From contig NW_020844379.1 of NCBI RefSeq assembly GCF_003704095.1, positions 186,001 to 250,000 of the forward strand: a stretch of 64,000 nt of DNA. The letters run 5' to 3'. Shown here in pieces: positions 51,801-63,619 of this stretch. Numbering within the stretch: the first letter of the stretch is position 1; the number at the start of each line of letters is the position of its first letter. Both the position numbers and the translations under genes were made by a program. This stretch comes from Pocillopora damicornis (lineage: Eukaryota). The notes beneath the pieces are model-generated. The model saw only the letters and a program-made list of their open reading frames with translations. It ran no database searches and was not told the DNA's origin.

Positions 51801-54800
51801 TTTTGTACACATCTGGACACCGTCTTAATTTCACCTATTTTAATTTCATTGATGTTTTCACAAAAATCAGAAAATGCTCTCCAAGTGCCAAATTAGCCCA
51901 TTTGTGCAGTTAAATAGTGAAGACTATTGGCCCCTCAAAACTTTTTACTGATTAATAGGAATAGCCAACTAAGTTGTTTTTAGAGAATGAAATTATGGTT
52001 GCTTGTGAGTATGTCTCAAACAGTGATTTGAGATAATGGTCATTTGCATGTTTGCACCCACATTCCTGGCAAATTGCAATGAATTTGTTGCACTTATCCA
52101 GAAATTGTTGGTCACTTCAAAACAGTGATTTAAGGTATAGTGTAATGAATTTATTGCACATATACAGAAATCGCTTGTCACTTCAAAGCATTTAGGTTGA
52201 AGCAGAAAAAAATTACCAATTACTTTATGACCAAAACTTAATTCAGACTCATTCAAGACCATAGGGCTTTTTCAATCAAAGCACATGCTAAGTTCTTGCA
52301 TGTATAAATCCAGGGAAATTAGTCATATGTGACCCCCTCATTTTACTACCAGAAAATCATGGAGCTTTTGCTCAAAGAGTTTTGAAAGTTCTTTTAATTC
52401 AGAGAAAATTGTAAATTGAACTGTGGTTGAAAGCAGTGAAAAAGTAAATGATTCCAATTATTTGAATATTTAAGAAAAAATTCTGTGATGGACAGGGTAG
52501 CCAAATTTTTTCCAATTCACTCTCAAAATATTCATACTATTGATGGGATATGTTTTTCCTCAGTTTTTCATTTAAAAGTGATAGATAATGGTCAGTTGGG
52601 CATATGGTTGGTATACTGTCAGTAGCATTCTCCAAATTTCAGAAAGTATCTTGAGGACAGTAGGTTCATTGTCAAATTCACATCTGCTGTGAGAACGGAA
52701 AAGTTAACAACAGGCAAGATAGCCAATCAAATTTTGCCATATTTAAGACTTATTCAAGTTGGTATCTCAGTGGTATCATCACATGAAACTATGACATAAG
52801 TAAGGACACCATACAACTTGAGTTCATCTCACCTTGCTCCTGGTGAGAGTTTTTCGCCACCACTGTTCTGTTTTTCATGTTGTAGGTTACTGAAAAGTCC
52901 CAAATATGATTTGGCATTAAATCTTTAATTTTAGGTTGTTACCCGAAGATCGAAGATCCACTGATGGATATATCAAGTGGATTGATCTTTCCATAGTAAT
53001 TGTTGTGATGTTGACAATAGCTTTAACTGCACATGGATACTTGGTAAGGAAACAATGAGTTGCATTTCTTTACTTTTTTTCTTCCTTTTTTTCATGCCCC
53101 CTATATTGTTTTTTTTTCTCTAAACCAACAGCATGAGGAAATATCTAGACTGGACTTCTTGTGGAAACTTCAGGTGAATTACAGGTTTTATGGTATTCAT
53201 GATAATTATGAACCTAATGACTAAAGTCATTTAAAAATTAGCATCATATTGACACACTCTACAGGCAACCTTTAGAATGATTCATATAAATTTTTTTTCT
53301 GTGTTGTTCAAAGTATATATTTTGTATTATCCAGGCTACAGAGGAAAGGGAAGAAATGGAAAAACTCAGAGAGTACAATAAGAAATTGCTGTATAATATC
53401 CTGCCTGACCATGTTGCTCAGCATTTCCTTGCACAACAAGCTAAAAAAAATGATGTAAGTTTTTTTTTTCAATCATATTATCAGGAATACAAAATATAAC
53501 ATTTACTTTAATGTTATATGACTATGGACAATGAATAATCAACTTGTTTGAGTTGAGTTTCAATATCTTCTTATGCCAAGGACAGGACTCCAAGCCCAAT
53601 TTTTGAAAAAGTTACCTTTCAACTTCAGTTGTAGAAAGGTTGCCATAGAGAATTTTGCTCACCTTCCCTCTCCCCCCTCTAAAAAAAACAAAATAAAAAC
53701 AAAACAAAACAAAATGAAACCCATATTGATTGGAGGATATTTCATTTTGGCTTCACGTAACTTATTTGGCGAGCTGAATAGTATGTGATTGTAACACTTT
53801 CATTTGTTAATCCCTTGCTGATCAAAAGATTGTAAGAAGGGTCAAGAGAGAGGGAAGGAAGAGACTCTGATAGTTGGAAGCAGAAACGATTCACTAAAAT
53901 GTTGCTGAGACCAAGTAACAAGTCGTGTGTAATACAACTTCGGTTTATTGCTCAGTTGAGAAACATTTCTTGTTTTGGAGTGAGGTGAGAGGAATGAGAG
54001 ACCCTCCAGGCATTACAAACTACTAATTTGTACCTTATCTGATTGAAACCAATTTCCTGTGCACTGTACCTTATGTGTTCTTTGTACCAGCCACCAGTTA
54101 TACCAGTTTGTACCCAAAAGCATCTTAGAAGTTTCAAGCTGTACTTCTGTTCTTAAATTAATTGATATTATGTCTCTGCTTGATTTCAGGAACTTTATTA
54201 CCAGTCTTGTGATAAGGTCATTGTCATGTTTTCTAGTATCTGTAATTTTTCTGACTTCTACACTGAGCTAGATGCTAATGGTGAAGGAGTTGAGTGTTTA
54301 CGTCTCCTTAATGAGATACTGGTGGATTTTGATGAGGTGAGTGTTTGATCTCAATAAATTTGCAGATGTGCTGAATTACCAGCACCTGGTATCAAAGGTC
54401 TTTCTTTGTTACTCTTAGTAAATTCTTATGCTGGCAAACATGGCCTACATTTGTTGTTACTAATTTGACACCTACCAGATGTCATGGGCTCTATAGGCTG
54501 ACCATTCCTTAGCTGTAGAATTTAGAGTGTTCACATGCCAAATTATTACCTTAAAAAAATCAATTCAATATATACTGAAACTTCAAAAATTGATTGAAAG
54601 TTATCTGTTTGGTTTATTTCAGCTTCTTTCAGAGCAACGCTTCCAGTGTATAGAGAAGATTAAAACAATTGGTGAAACATACATGGCTGCCGCTGGAATT
54701 AAACCTGAATCTCAGGTTAGTATTGGGAATAAGAAGAACATAAATTGGTACAGCTGTATCCTTAATCTGTCAGAAATTTGTCTGTTAATTTTATCTGAAC

Positions 54801-57800
54801 TTCTCCAGTTGTAAGATTTTTAGTGCGCAGGAAAGTTATACTTAGAGAGTCCTGTTTTAACAAAGTTTTCAGGGGCCAATAACATGCTGTGACTTTAACT
54901 TCCTTTTGAAAAGCAAAAAAAAATTTGCTTAAGATCACCATATAAGTAAATTCAGTTGATGTTCATTGAATTAATGAAGCAAATGAAAGTAACTTTGACT
55001 TATTAAAACAAATTTATGTTTTGATATTTATCCCTCTGTGTTTGTAGAAAGGTAGAAAGATTTCTGCAGTTACAGCCTAATATTTAGACCACCCAAAGTG
55101 TAAACAGATTCACTGCAAAACTCATTTGGTGAATTTGGGAAAATTGAACTGATGAACTGTGAAGTGTTTTAAAATTTATTTGTTCTTGTGACGCATATTT
55201 AAGTGTTTGGGATTGCAGAATTTCAGATGCTTTGTAGTTGCACTGATTTATAAATTTTATCCAAAATTCATGACTAGTTCTTTTCTAGGGAATGTTCGCA
55301 CACATCATTCCAACTGAACACACCTCCTAATATTTAAGGATCCATTAAAATGTCTTGATTGATATACGGTTTCCAGGCAGGTGGGGACTACAATAAGCTA
55401 CAAAAGTAGTTGAATTAAAGATTTCAAAAAAATTGAATGATGAAAGAAGAAAACATTAATTTTTCTCTCTTTACCCAAAATATTCTACTTGTTCTTCCTC
55501 TCCCCTTTAAGATAAAGTATTAGTCTAAACATTAAAAGACACAAAACTGTGTTGGTAGTAGGGATGAAATGAAGTTAGATCATCTGAGCATAAGAATACT
55601 GCATTTCACTGAAATAATTGGTTGTGAGAAACAGATAAGAAGAAAGTTCTTGTCACTAAGTTGATTATGTTGGAAGCGCATTAAATAAAATGCAATAAAT
55701 TATTGATGTTGATGTTATTTCTAATCACATGATTTTGAGTGCAATTTGGAATAAATAAGCATGAGTAAATTGTTTAAAAGACTAACAAAATCGTGCGAGC
55801 CCGAAGTGCGAGTGCAATTTGTGAAAAAATTAACAAGTGCTTATTTATTTCAGATAGCACAAGAAAAATCATGTGATTATGTGTTAATAATAGACATGAA
55901 AAAAATATGAGATAGCTTATCATAATTAAGCATAAGCTAAGTGCACACATCAAGTGAAAAAATAATTTATTCAAATCGTGCTTTCAGTCAAAACAACCAC
56001 GTATGATCAAAACAATAATATGCAATGATATCTTCACATCTTTAAGGTGCAAAAAAGTTCAAAGTCCAGCGAAACAGTTCAAAGAATTGTTCAGTCTGTG
56101 TCCAAATCACTTTTGATGAAATGGAATTGTTGTTTCTGAGGTTTAACCATGTTTATTTTTAATTTTGGTGTTGGATCGCTCAAGCAAAGTGTTAAGCTGG
56201 GTTGGTTCATAATTTCCTATTTCCTTGGCAATTCCCTCCTCTAAACACCACCTTTTTCCAAACAACAACCAAAAACCAGTGCTTTTTACAGTGTTTTTGT
56301 TGTTTGAGCTATCTTTCAGCTGCAGTAGCCTAAAACACTGGCCATTTTTTTCGTGCGCAAATTTTCAAATTTTGTTGCAACATCCGAGGCTCACATTTGA
56401 TAGGCTGTCTGTGAGTTTCTTTGATTAGTGACCAATCAGAATGGCTGATTTGTTACTTTCTTTGCACTGAATTACCTGAAACTGTTTTTATCTTAACCAA
56501 TCAGAACTGAGTAATTATTTCATGTATATAATTAGCAAAGAAATATTGAGACATTTTTCTGTTTGTTCTTACAGGAGAAATTGGCAACCCTAAGTCACAT
56601 AGTAACAATGGCTGACTTTGCCATGGCAATGAAAAAGAAACTAGCTGACATAAATTTACATTCCTTCAATGACTTCAAGATGAAAATTGGTAAGTTTAAA
56701 GTTGCCATACGGTCAATAGATTCTCCTCTTAGATGTTAAATGGAGATTAATTTTATTCTGTTTTAAACCCCTCCCCTCTTATTGTATTGGTAATTAATAT
56801 GTGGTAGTTGTCATTTCCAGTTGCATGTTCAGATCTCTTGCTTGCTTGATTTTTTTTTTTAAGCCAACTGTTAAGTTCACAGGTATACAGGAGACTCAAA
56901 GTTTCAAAATACCAAGTCTTAATATGCAAATTACATAACTGTAATAGTTATTACTAACATTCATTGCTGACACCACTTATGGAATTATGATATGATATGG
57001 GTAGGACAGAAATTTAAATCCTGCTGCTGTTGAAATTGTCCAATTAGAGATCTACATTCCTGAAAGCGGTCACAAAATACATGCAGTGGAATTGTTTTCC
57101 TGACAGCTAGATTGATGATAATATCTTCCATAGAAGCTGACTGTTTACTTTGTGTCTGTTAGAATACTTATTGCAGTTATCCCCTTTTGTAATAAGTATA
57201 GCTGACTTCAGCTGAAGTCACATACTAAAAGGTTCTAAGATGAAAATATAATAGCAGTTCTTACAGATTCAACCATTCCTATAGTGGATCCTCTTATCTT
57301 TTTTTCTAATATCAGTACCATTCCTACAGTCTCTGCTACCCCCACTTTTGCTGTAACTTTTACAGTCACAATTTACTAAATTGAAATGGACAAACCTTCA
57401 GATAAATGTATACCATATGAACTTTTGTTTCTATTTTCTTGCTCTTCAAGGTTTAAATTTTGGTCCTGTTGTGGCTGGAGTGATTGGTGCCCATAAGCCC
57501 CAGTATGACATCTGGGGTGATACAGTGAATGTGGCTAGCCGTATGTACAGCACTGGCAAGCCTAAGCATATACAGGTCTGCTACATGTACATTATTTCAT
57601 TATTGTGTCTAATTGGTTCTGCTAAAATCACAATACTTTGATCTAAGTAAGTAATTTTTGCATGCCATGGAAATATGCAATACAAATTCATAAATTATAA
57701 TTGGTTATTATATATTCAAAAGTTTACATCATCAGTAGGGTTTTATAATTTCAGCGTCTTGTTAAGAACAAATAGTCTTTGTTTTTGATGTTATGTAAAG

Positions 57801-58176
57801 ATGCTACAACACCACACAATGTTGTTATGGTATATAGTCAAAGGTAAAATGACTCATATTTAGCAGTAGCGCAAACTTGATCAGGCATTTCACTTTTGGG
57901 TGAATGCGATGTTTCCTCATTGAGGAGTGCTTGTAAGGTGTAAAGCACTTTTTCCACTGTTAAATGAACATGATTAGAACAGTCCTTAGTGCCCCAACCC
58001 TTATATTCAGTTGAATTGACTTATTTTGATTGTTACAGGTTACACAAAGTGTTTATAATATTCTCTCTACACGTGGTTACACCTTTGAATGTCGGGGCTT
58101 AGTGGCAGTTAAAGGAAAAGGCAAAATGGTCACATACTGGATGACTGGCAAAGAAGGAGACCAATCAAATGAGTGA
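35860..58176 (+). CDS. ADCY5: Transmembrane adenylyl cyclase, type 5/6-like, 23 exons, ~1,162 aa
   Basis: Exons 35860-36825,39255-39404,40427-40551,41076-41187,41687-41814,43402-43560,44489-44627,45922-45983,46185-46274,46360-46423,49091-49188,50087-50171,50241(or 50265)-50381,50783-50893,51282-51451,52935-53043,53132-53173,53335-53454,54190-54336,54623-54715,56575-56689,57451-57575,58039-58176 give one frame. C1: [27 protein letters not shown]2: [37 protein letters not shown]5/6-like: [41 protein letters not shown]. Symbol means ADCY5/6 co-ortholog. Confidence 0.93.
39255..39404 (+). CDS. ADCY5: Adenylyl cyclase exon 2
   Basis: [24 protein letters not shown]. Confidence 0.92.
39820..39945 (-). 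mobile_element. Decayed tRNA-derived SINE head
   Basis: Reverse complement TAACTCAGTGGCAGAGCATCC (A-box-like), degenerate B-box. Confidence 0.5.
40427..40551 (+). CDS. ADCY5: Adenylyl cyclase exon 3
   Basis: [21 protein letters not shown]. Confidence 0.93.
41076..41187 (+). CDS. ADCY5: Adenylyl cyclase exon 4
   Basis: [16 protein letters not shown]. Confidence 0.93.
41687..41814 (+). CDS. ADCY5: Adenylyl cyclase exon 5
   Basis: [16 protein letters not shown]. Confidence 0.93.
43402..43560 (+). CDS. ADCY5: Adenylyl cyclase exon 6
   Basis: [19 protein letters not shown]. Confidence 0.93.
43586..43797. mobile_element. piggyBac-type MITE (decayed)
   Basis: AACCCTTTAC...GGGGTTAGGTTAA; body resembles the reverse complement of 49621-49796. 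Confidence 0.6.
44489..44627 (+). CDS. ADCY5: Adenylyl cyclase exon 7
   Basis: RVHIT..DYEVEEG. Confidence 0.92.
45922..45983 (+). CDS. ADCY5: Adenylyl cyclase exon 8 (C1b)
   Basis: ctcag acceptor, gtaagt donor; needed for phase. Confidence 0.75.
46185..46274 (+). CDS. ADCY5: Adenylyl cyclase exon 9
   Basis: [20 protein letters not shown]. Confidence 0.9.
46360..46423 (+). CDS. ADCY5: Adenylyl cyclase exon 10
   Basis: [21 protein letters not shown]. Confidence 0.88.
49091..49188 (+). CDS. ADCY5: Adenylyl cyclase exon 11
   Basis: YSQEKDRMF plus TM segment. Confidence 0.88.
49621..49796. mobile_element. piggyBac-type MITE (decayed)
   Basis: TTAACTCTTTCACCCC...GGGTGGAAAGGGTTTAA. Confidence 0.65.
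50087..50171 (+). CDS. ADCY5: Adenylyl cyclase exon 12
   Basis: TM segment; GT-AG boundaries. Confidence 0.85.
50241..50381 (+). CDS. ADCY5: Adenylyl cyclase exon 13 (acceptor 50241 or 50265)
   Basis: Two in-frame acceptors; gtaagt donor. Confidence 0.8.
50783..50893 (+). CDS. ADCY5: Adenylyl cyclase exon 14
   Basis: FGC...FCDYPQ extracellular loop. Confidence 0.85.
51282..51451 (+). CDS. ADCY5: Adenylyl cyclase exon 15
   Basis: [16 protein letters not shown]. Confidence 0.9.
52935..53043 (+). CDS. ADCY5: Adenylyl cyclase exon 16
   Basis: TM12 segment; phase fits. Confidence 0.82.
53132..53173 (+). CDS. ADCY5: Adenylyl cyclase exon 17
   Basis: [14 protein letters not shown]. Confidence 0.9.
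53335..53454 (+). CDS. ADCY5: Adenylyl cyclase exon 18
   Basis: [21 protein letters not shown]. Confidence 0.92.
54190..54336 (+). CDS. ADCY5: Adenylyl cyclase exon 19
   Basis: [19 protein letters not shown]. Confidence 0.93.
54623..54715 (+). CDS. ADCY5: Adenylyl cyclase exon 20
   Basis: [14 protein letters not shown]. Confidence 0.93.
55716..56533. mobile_element. Non-autonomous DNA-transposon-like repeat with internal foldback
   Basis: TAATCACATGATTTT..AATAAATAAGCA / TGCTTATTTATT..AAAATCATGTGATTA inverted pair; retains CpG inside a CpG-poor intron. Confidence 0.5.
56575..56689 (+). CDS. ADCY5: Adenylyl cyclase exon 21
   Basis: [18 protein letters not shown]. Confidence 0.92.
57451..57575 (+). 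CDS. ADCY5: Adenylyl cyclase exon 22
   Basis: [28 protein letters not shown]. Confidence 0.93.
58039..58176 (+). CDS. ADCY5: Adenylyl cyclase exon 23 (last)
   Basis: [17 protein letters not shown]; TGA at 58174-58176. Confidence 0.93.
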   Translation, partial: VTQSVYNILSTRGYTFECRGLVAVKGKGKMVTYWMTGKEGDQSNE

Positions 58177-59535
58177 TCTCACTAACAATTTATTACCCAC
58201 CAATCGATTTGTTGTAAAGTAATATTTATCATCAAAGTTATTTGTATGATTAACCTTACAAAGTATCTTTTTGTAACATACTTATCCAGAGTCAGTCACT
58301 GCTTTTTGTCATATTTAAAGTGTATTAGATTCAAACTTCAACTTGTTTTTCATTCAGATTATTTAAGTTATTTTAGTCACTAATAACATGGGAACAGCAT
58401 GTCCCTTTTGGGTAGCTGAAAGCATCTCCTTGACCTTCTTTTTCTTGGAAACCCTTTAAACTCAAAGAATTTGGAAGAGTACTGGAGGACTTTACAAACA
58501 TGTTTTTCATCGGTTTAGTCGTATGAAAATGTGTGTGATCTCAGAAATGTTATCAGAAAGTAACAGCTTTCGTCAGTTTTGGGTAAATATCTGCCCGTTT
58601 CAATTTCACTTAGGACGTGGGTAATTTTGAGAATAAGGGTTGTGTGTGTTTATTAAATGTAATGGTAAAATTTATCATGTACATGCAGTTCAAGATGTTC
58701 AACAACACTTAACACAATATAGACCCCTCTGCCTGTTTGTCTTCATTATTCTCTTCACTTTTTTTTTACCCTGTGTCGTACGATTTATAGTACACTTCCT
58801 TGGCAGATAATGATGTTGACCTCTTTATTTTGATGCTTGTGTACATCATCAATATTACATCAGAGTGCTGAAAATAGACAGGTGGTCACTATAAAAGACT
58901 CTAGCACTGTGGCAACAACATTGTCACCATCTAATTGTGTGTTGTTCTGATACAAAATTGTGAAAAGTCAAGAGGAAAAGCAAGTTAGTAACTGCTAAAT
59001 TAACCTCATTTTCAGGAGAGAAAGTATTCTCAGGTTTCTTGCTGGTTGTCTCGGGTACTTTTTACAAGAACACTTGCATTGCTTTGTGTAAAGAAAAGAA
59101 CTTAATTTATTTTGAATTATATCACCTAATTATTGAGAGTAGAGAGCTTGCTGAAATTTTGGGTGATTTCAGATGGCATAGATGTCATGCAGGAATCTGA
59201 TACACAAATTCCTTAAAAGAAAGTTAATATATATAGTTAAATTATTAGTATCTGATTCTTATGAGATTTAATTAGGTAACTGAGAAAAAAAAACAAGCCA
59301 CGAATTTTCGACTTTCCTCCAATATATTTCTTAGCATGTGTTAGGTGGGACGTTCATTTAACAATAGCATGCTGTGTACATTGCACATATGGAAAAAGTC
59401 ATGCAAATCGCTGAGTCGTCGCGATTTTGCTTCAACCTATTAGACACATGGAAAGTCAGCGCCGCACTAGTAAGAGTAATTTGTTTTGATGGCCGGCTGT
59501 TGTTTCCTTGTAACTAGCCAACGGGACGTTTCCTT

Positions 59536-59560
59536 TGGTTGGTTGGTTGGTTGGTTGGTT
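59536..59560. repeat. (GGTT)n microsatellite in the putative 3' UTR
   Basis: Read directly. Confidence 0.85.
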
Positions 59561-59993
59561 CGGTTGTTTCATTAAAGCCACGCAAAGTGTTAAATCAAAG
59601 TACTTGTATCTAATTAGTTTCGGGTGTAATTTTAGCCTTAACAAAGTAGAGCAAGTGTGGTTGTCAACATTCCATATCCTTGGACACGACAGCTATTAGT
59701 GCATTTTGAAAATCTGCTGCAAATGTGTAGCATGTTGAAAGAAACGAGGTGTTTGTAGGTTAGGTGGTTGTGTTAAATACATCAAGTACAAATATAAGCG
59801 TAATTTTTAATATTTTAGATGATTCAAAGATATTAGTAGACTTGACTGGTGGTTGGGAATTTTTAACTAAGTGATTTTAATAGAAATTAAATGAACTCAA
59901 GAAAGTGACCATCGCACTACGTCTATGTAGAAATTCAATGGCTTTGATCTAATATATTGACAAGCAACATTCCCCTTTGTAAATATGTCGTGA

Positions 59994-59999
59994 AATAAA
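59994..59999 (+). terminator. Candidate cyclase polyadenylation signal
   Basis: AATAAA followed by a GT/T-rich tract, ~1.8 kb after the stop. Confidence 0.35.
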
Positions 60000-61004
60000 G
60001 TGTTTTTTCGGTCTCACTATGAGTATTATTTTCACTTAACCTGCTGGTTATTTATTGTTATCCTTAGTAATATCTGTGCTATCATCATTGGATCTTTTCA
60101 TCACTCAACCAACTTAGGCGAACGGCAGTTTTATTAGAAATCTGTGGGCAAAGGCTTCGATATCACCCAATTTAATTATTCTCGTATTGATTTTCAATTC
60201 AGTATTGATTAGTTAAGGTCAGGATATCACTCTTGTATCAAATACGGGTTAGATTTCAACATTTCACGATCGTCACTTAAGTAACCAAACTGATGTGACT
60301 ACCCGCGTTTACTTAAACTGAACTGGGAAAGAGATCGTGCGGCTTCGTCCCAGCTGCTTCATTTACGTACATTTCGATATCGTAAGCTGGTGTTTGTAAT
60401 TTAGCGGAAATACTGGTTTTTGCAACATAATGAAGAAAACATGAGCACCCTCAGATTGTAGTAAGCTTTTGTCTGAACGTTGAATGTTCAAATGTTATAT
60501 CAAGTAATCGTTTGTTAGATATTTGATATTAAAACAGATCTTGGTTGAAGATACTCACTTCACTGCAAGAGTGATTTACAGAGGGGTTCTCCCACCAAAT
60601 TACAAAGTTTTTAATACTGAGAAATGAACAAGTAATCAGAATTATTTAAAAGAAGCAGTTTACACAGAATGCTATTAAAAGCGGGAATGGTGAATGGGAA
60701 AATAAAATGGGGAAATTGAGAATGGGACCTAAATTTTGTCATTATTTCTTTTTTTGCTTTAGATGTACTGATTATATCGCGGAATGGATATTTTCATAAA
60801 ACGTTCAGGGCAAAATTCATGGAACGAAATAAGTTGAGGATAAGGAAAGAAGTGATCTTCGAGGAACAGTTAATTTCCAAGTTATAATATACTAGCATAT
60901 TTTCGCACAAAATAGAGGCTATTGTGTTCCTTATCCATCAAATATTTTGCAATGCGTGTGCAAACATGTTTAGGAAGAGCTTGCTGTTTTCTGCGTGGGA
61001 TGTT

Positions 61005-61785
61005 TTACAAAGGAAAGTATATAATTACACTACAATAGAAACACTAATCTAAAAAATAATTAAATAAATAATATAAAATTACGATAATAAATAGGATTAC
61101 AATAAAACATAATATGCGGCAAAATTCACCGGCTTCTGATCAGAATATCCCTGACACTCCTCTTAAAAATACCGATACAAGGTGTCTAACGAACTGAGTA
61201 TGGCAGGGAATTCCACATGTCTACAATCATTTTAAAATAGCTATTTTTAAAAGTATTAGTTCTTTAGTGTTCAGTCATCTTTTCTTCGAAGCATGTATTG
61301 ATCGGATTCTGTGAAAAAACTGGACATAACTGGATAAGTTAATGTTTATATGCCCATTTAAAGCTTTGTAAAGGAATAAAAGATCGAACAAAAACCTCCT
61401 TTATTCTAAGGATAGCAAGTTGAGCGTTTCTCTTCGTTGCTGGTGTTCATCAGTGGTTTTCAGCATAAGTTTAGTTGCTCGACGCTGAATTCGTTCCAAC
61501 TTCATTACATTTTTTGCTTGATATGGGGACCACACGACAGAGCAAAACTCTAGTTGAGACCTAACTAAAGCAAGATAAAGGGTTCTTAGAGTAGAAACAT
61601 CCCTAAGTCCTCTACAAGTTCTTTTAATAAGTCCCAGGATATTATTGGCCTTTTGGTATCTTATCAATGTGATTGTTCCAAGAGAAATTGCAGTTTGCGA
61701 CCAGTCCCAGATCACAGAATTCAGATATTAACTCCAGAGTGGGTTGAAACTTAGTTGTAGTAAAATGAGAGTTCTGGGACTTGGT
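61005..61785 (-). mobile_element. 5'-truncated CR1-like LINE 3' end
   Basis: DLGL..FSWNNHIDKI / ANNILGLIKRT..LYLALVRSQLEFCSVVWSPYQ..LERIQRRATK..LNLLSLE. Confidence 0.85.
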
Positions 61786-62171
61786 AAATTGATTGAATAC
61801 CTTCTGTGAACGTGCTCGCCATTTCACTCTCATTCAAGAAGAGGTCCTCATTAAGCTTGAATAGATCATAGATCATAGCCATCCGTCTCCTGAACGATTT
61901 CTTCTGCGAATTAAGTTTTCAGTCGATCAACAAGTGCTCTTGATACATTATTGACGAGGAAATTGTTTGATTCACCTCTAGCTGTCAAGTCAAAGATGAA
62001 TGAAAGACATCCCGGCACAAGTACTACATCATCATAAAACCTTGGAGCCGGGACTCTAAGGACTTCACCAGGAAGAACCCTATTAGGATTAAATGTTACT
62101 CGTTGAATTATGCTGTCCGCCTTAAGGGCGTTTGACGTCTTTTTTTCAAAACTTGGTTTGGTTTTTTTCAT
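61786..62171 (-). pseudogene. Major capsid protein (hexon-like) N-terminal relic
   Basis: ALKADSIIQRVTFNP..PGEVLRVPAP..DVVLVPG..FDL..NNFLVNNVSRALVDRL*FAEEIVQETDGYDL/FKLNEDLFL..EGIQS; one stop and a 7-bp duplication. Confidence 0.65.
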
Positions 62172-62201
62172 TGACTTCCTTTTAGATAGATTATATTTCA
62201 A

Positions 62202-63101
62202 ATGGCAAAAATTTGCAGATATTGATCATACGCTTGACAAAGAAGGAAATGAAAATGATGGAAATGATGAGGACGATGGAAATACAACAGGACACTTTAC
62301 CTTAAATCCTTATTACAATTCAACTTCCGGTCCCTCAGGTGATCAACATAAAATGACAACTATGAATAGGGAAGGAGAGAAAGCACCAGAAGCTGCTGAA
62401 ACATTTTTCATTGATGGTGATTCACTTGAAAAATCAAGAATAACTATGGTAAACTTACAACTTGAAGGAAAGTTTTCTGAACATGGTAAAAATAGTAGAT
62501 CACTAAACTTAGTTGTCGGCAAAGATTGATATAGAGATAAAGTTGTTGTTGGTCGTCGAAGAAGAAACACCCCTTTATTCAATTTAGAAGGGGTTATAAA
62601 TCCACAACTTTCAAAAGAAACTTTTCAAATTTTTGGTCCATCAAGAGAGGAACTGATTGCTGAGAAAGAGAAAGAAATTAAAGGGAAACAGATATCAATT
62701 CAAGAAATCATGAGATTGGTGATGATGAGAACGAAAATCGAGCAACAAGAGAACGAGCATGAGAAAAGGTGGCTGAGGAAACAAAACAGTTTGATTCACT
62801 TTAGAATGAGAGAAGAGAACTTGAAGGCACTTCGCTAAGAGAGAGTGAGAAACATCTTCAAGAGGTGTGGATTCACAGTCAGCTGTTGTACTCGCAGTCG
62901 GAACAAAGTGGAGTGGTTGTGAGTGCACTGACAAAAGGTCTTAAGTTTGTTGTCAAAGGAGTTGGAAATGGTTTTAAGACTCTTGGAGGTAAGGTCGCGG
63001 GAATTGGATGAGTGATCAGCTTCCTCGGTGAAAATGCACGGATTCTGATAATGGAAGTTGTTATATTCATGGTTGAGCGCTTTCAGAAGAACAAGCGATG
63101 A
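62202..63101 (+). pseudogene. Maverick-type membrane-active (gasderminX/pVI-like) protein relic
   Basis: Acidic N-terminus, E/K-rich coiled coil, then SLRERVRNIFKRCGFTV..VVSALTKGLKFVVKGVGNGFKTLGGKVAGI..ISFLGENARILIMEVVIFMVE; frameshifted. Confidence 0.55.
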
Positions 63102-63619
63102 ATCAAGAATGCATATACCATTCCAGCTGAAATCAATTCAACCTTAATGATGTCATGATTTGTTTCACCTATTGGTTGTGGTGTCTTTACCTGAACTTCA
63201 GTTGAAGTCTTGTCAATTGGATTTGAAAGGTGAGAGGTCGGTCTTTTGATCTTTGATGATCCCCTATCTATCTGCTTAACTTCGACTGATCCCATCTCCC
63301 AGCAGTTGTCCTCTTCAGGCTGTTATCATACCCCACCGTACTCTAAGTAGATTCCACAATCTTTTACCGCTTCTTTTAGTGAGTCATAGACCTTGCAAAA
63401 CCCTATTTCATCACTTAATTCAACTTTCCGTCTCTCGTCCAAAGGACGGCAGCCGAGCATTGCTTTTAATTCCTTGCTTGGAATCTTATTTCTGTATTAT
63501 ATTCCACAGCCTCTGGCAACCTCCCAAATTCTTTTGTGTATATTGGAATTAAATTCGTTTCCATTTTATTAATATGTACGAAAATTTTAAAATATGATAC
63601 AAAAAATGTAATATACAAA

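Noticed and set aside
52020-52195. ~66-bp local tandem duplication (similar cases at 6610-6920 and 40856-40905)
   Set aside because: Ordinary diverged intronic duplications with no further structure.
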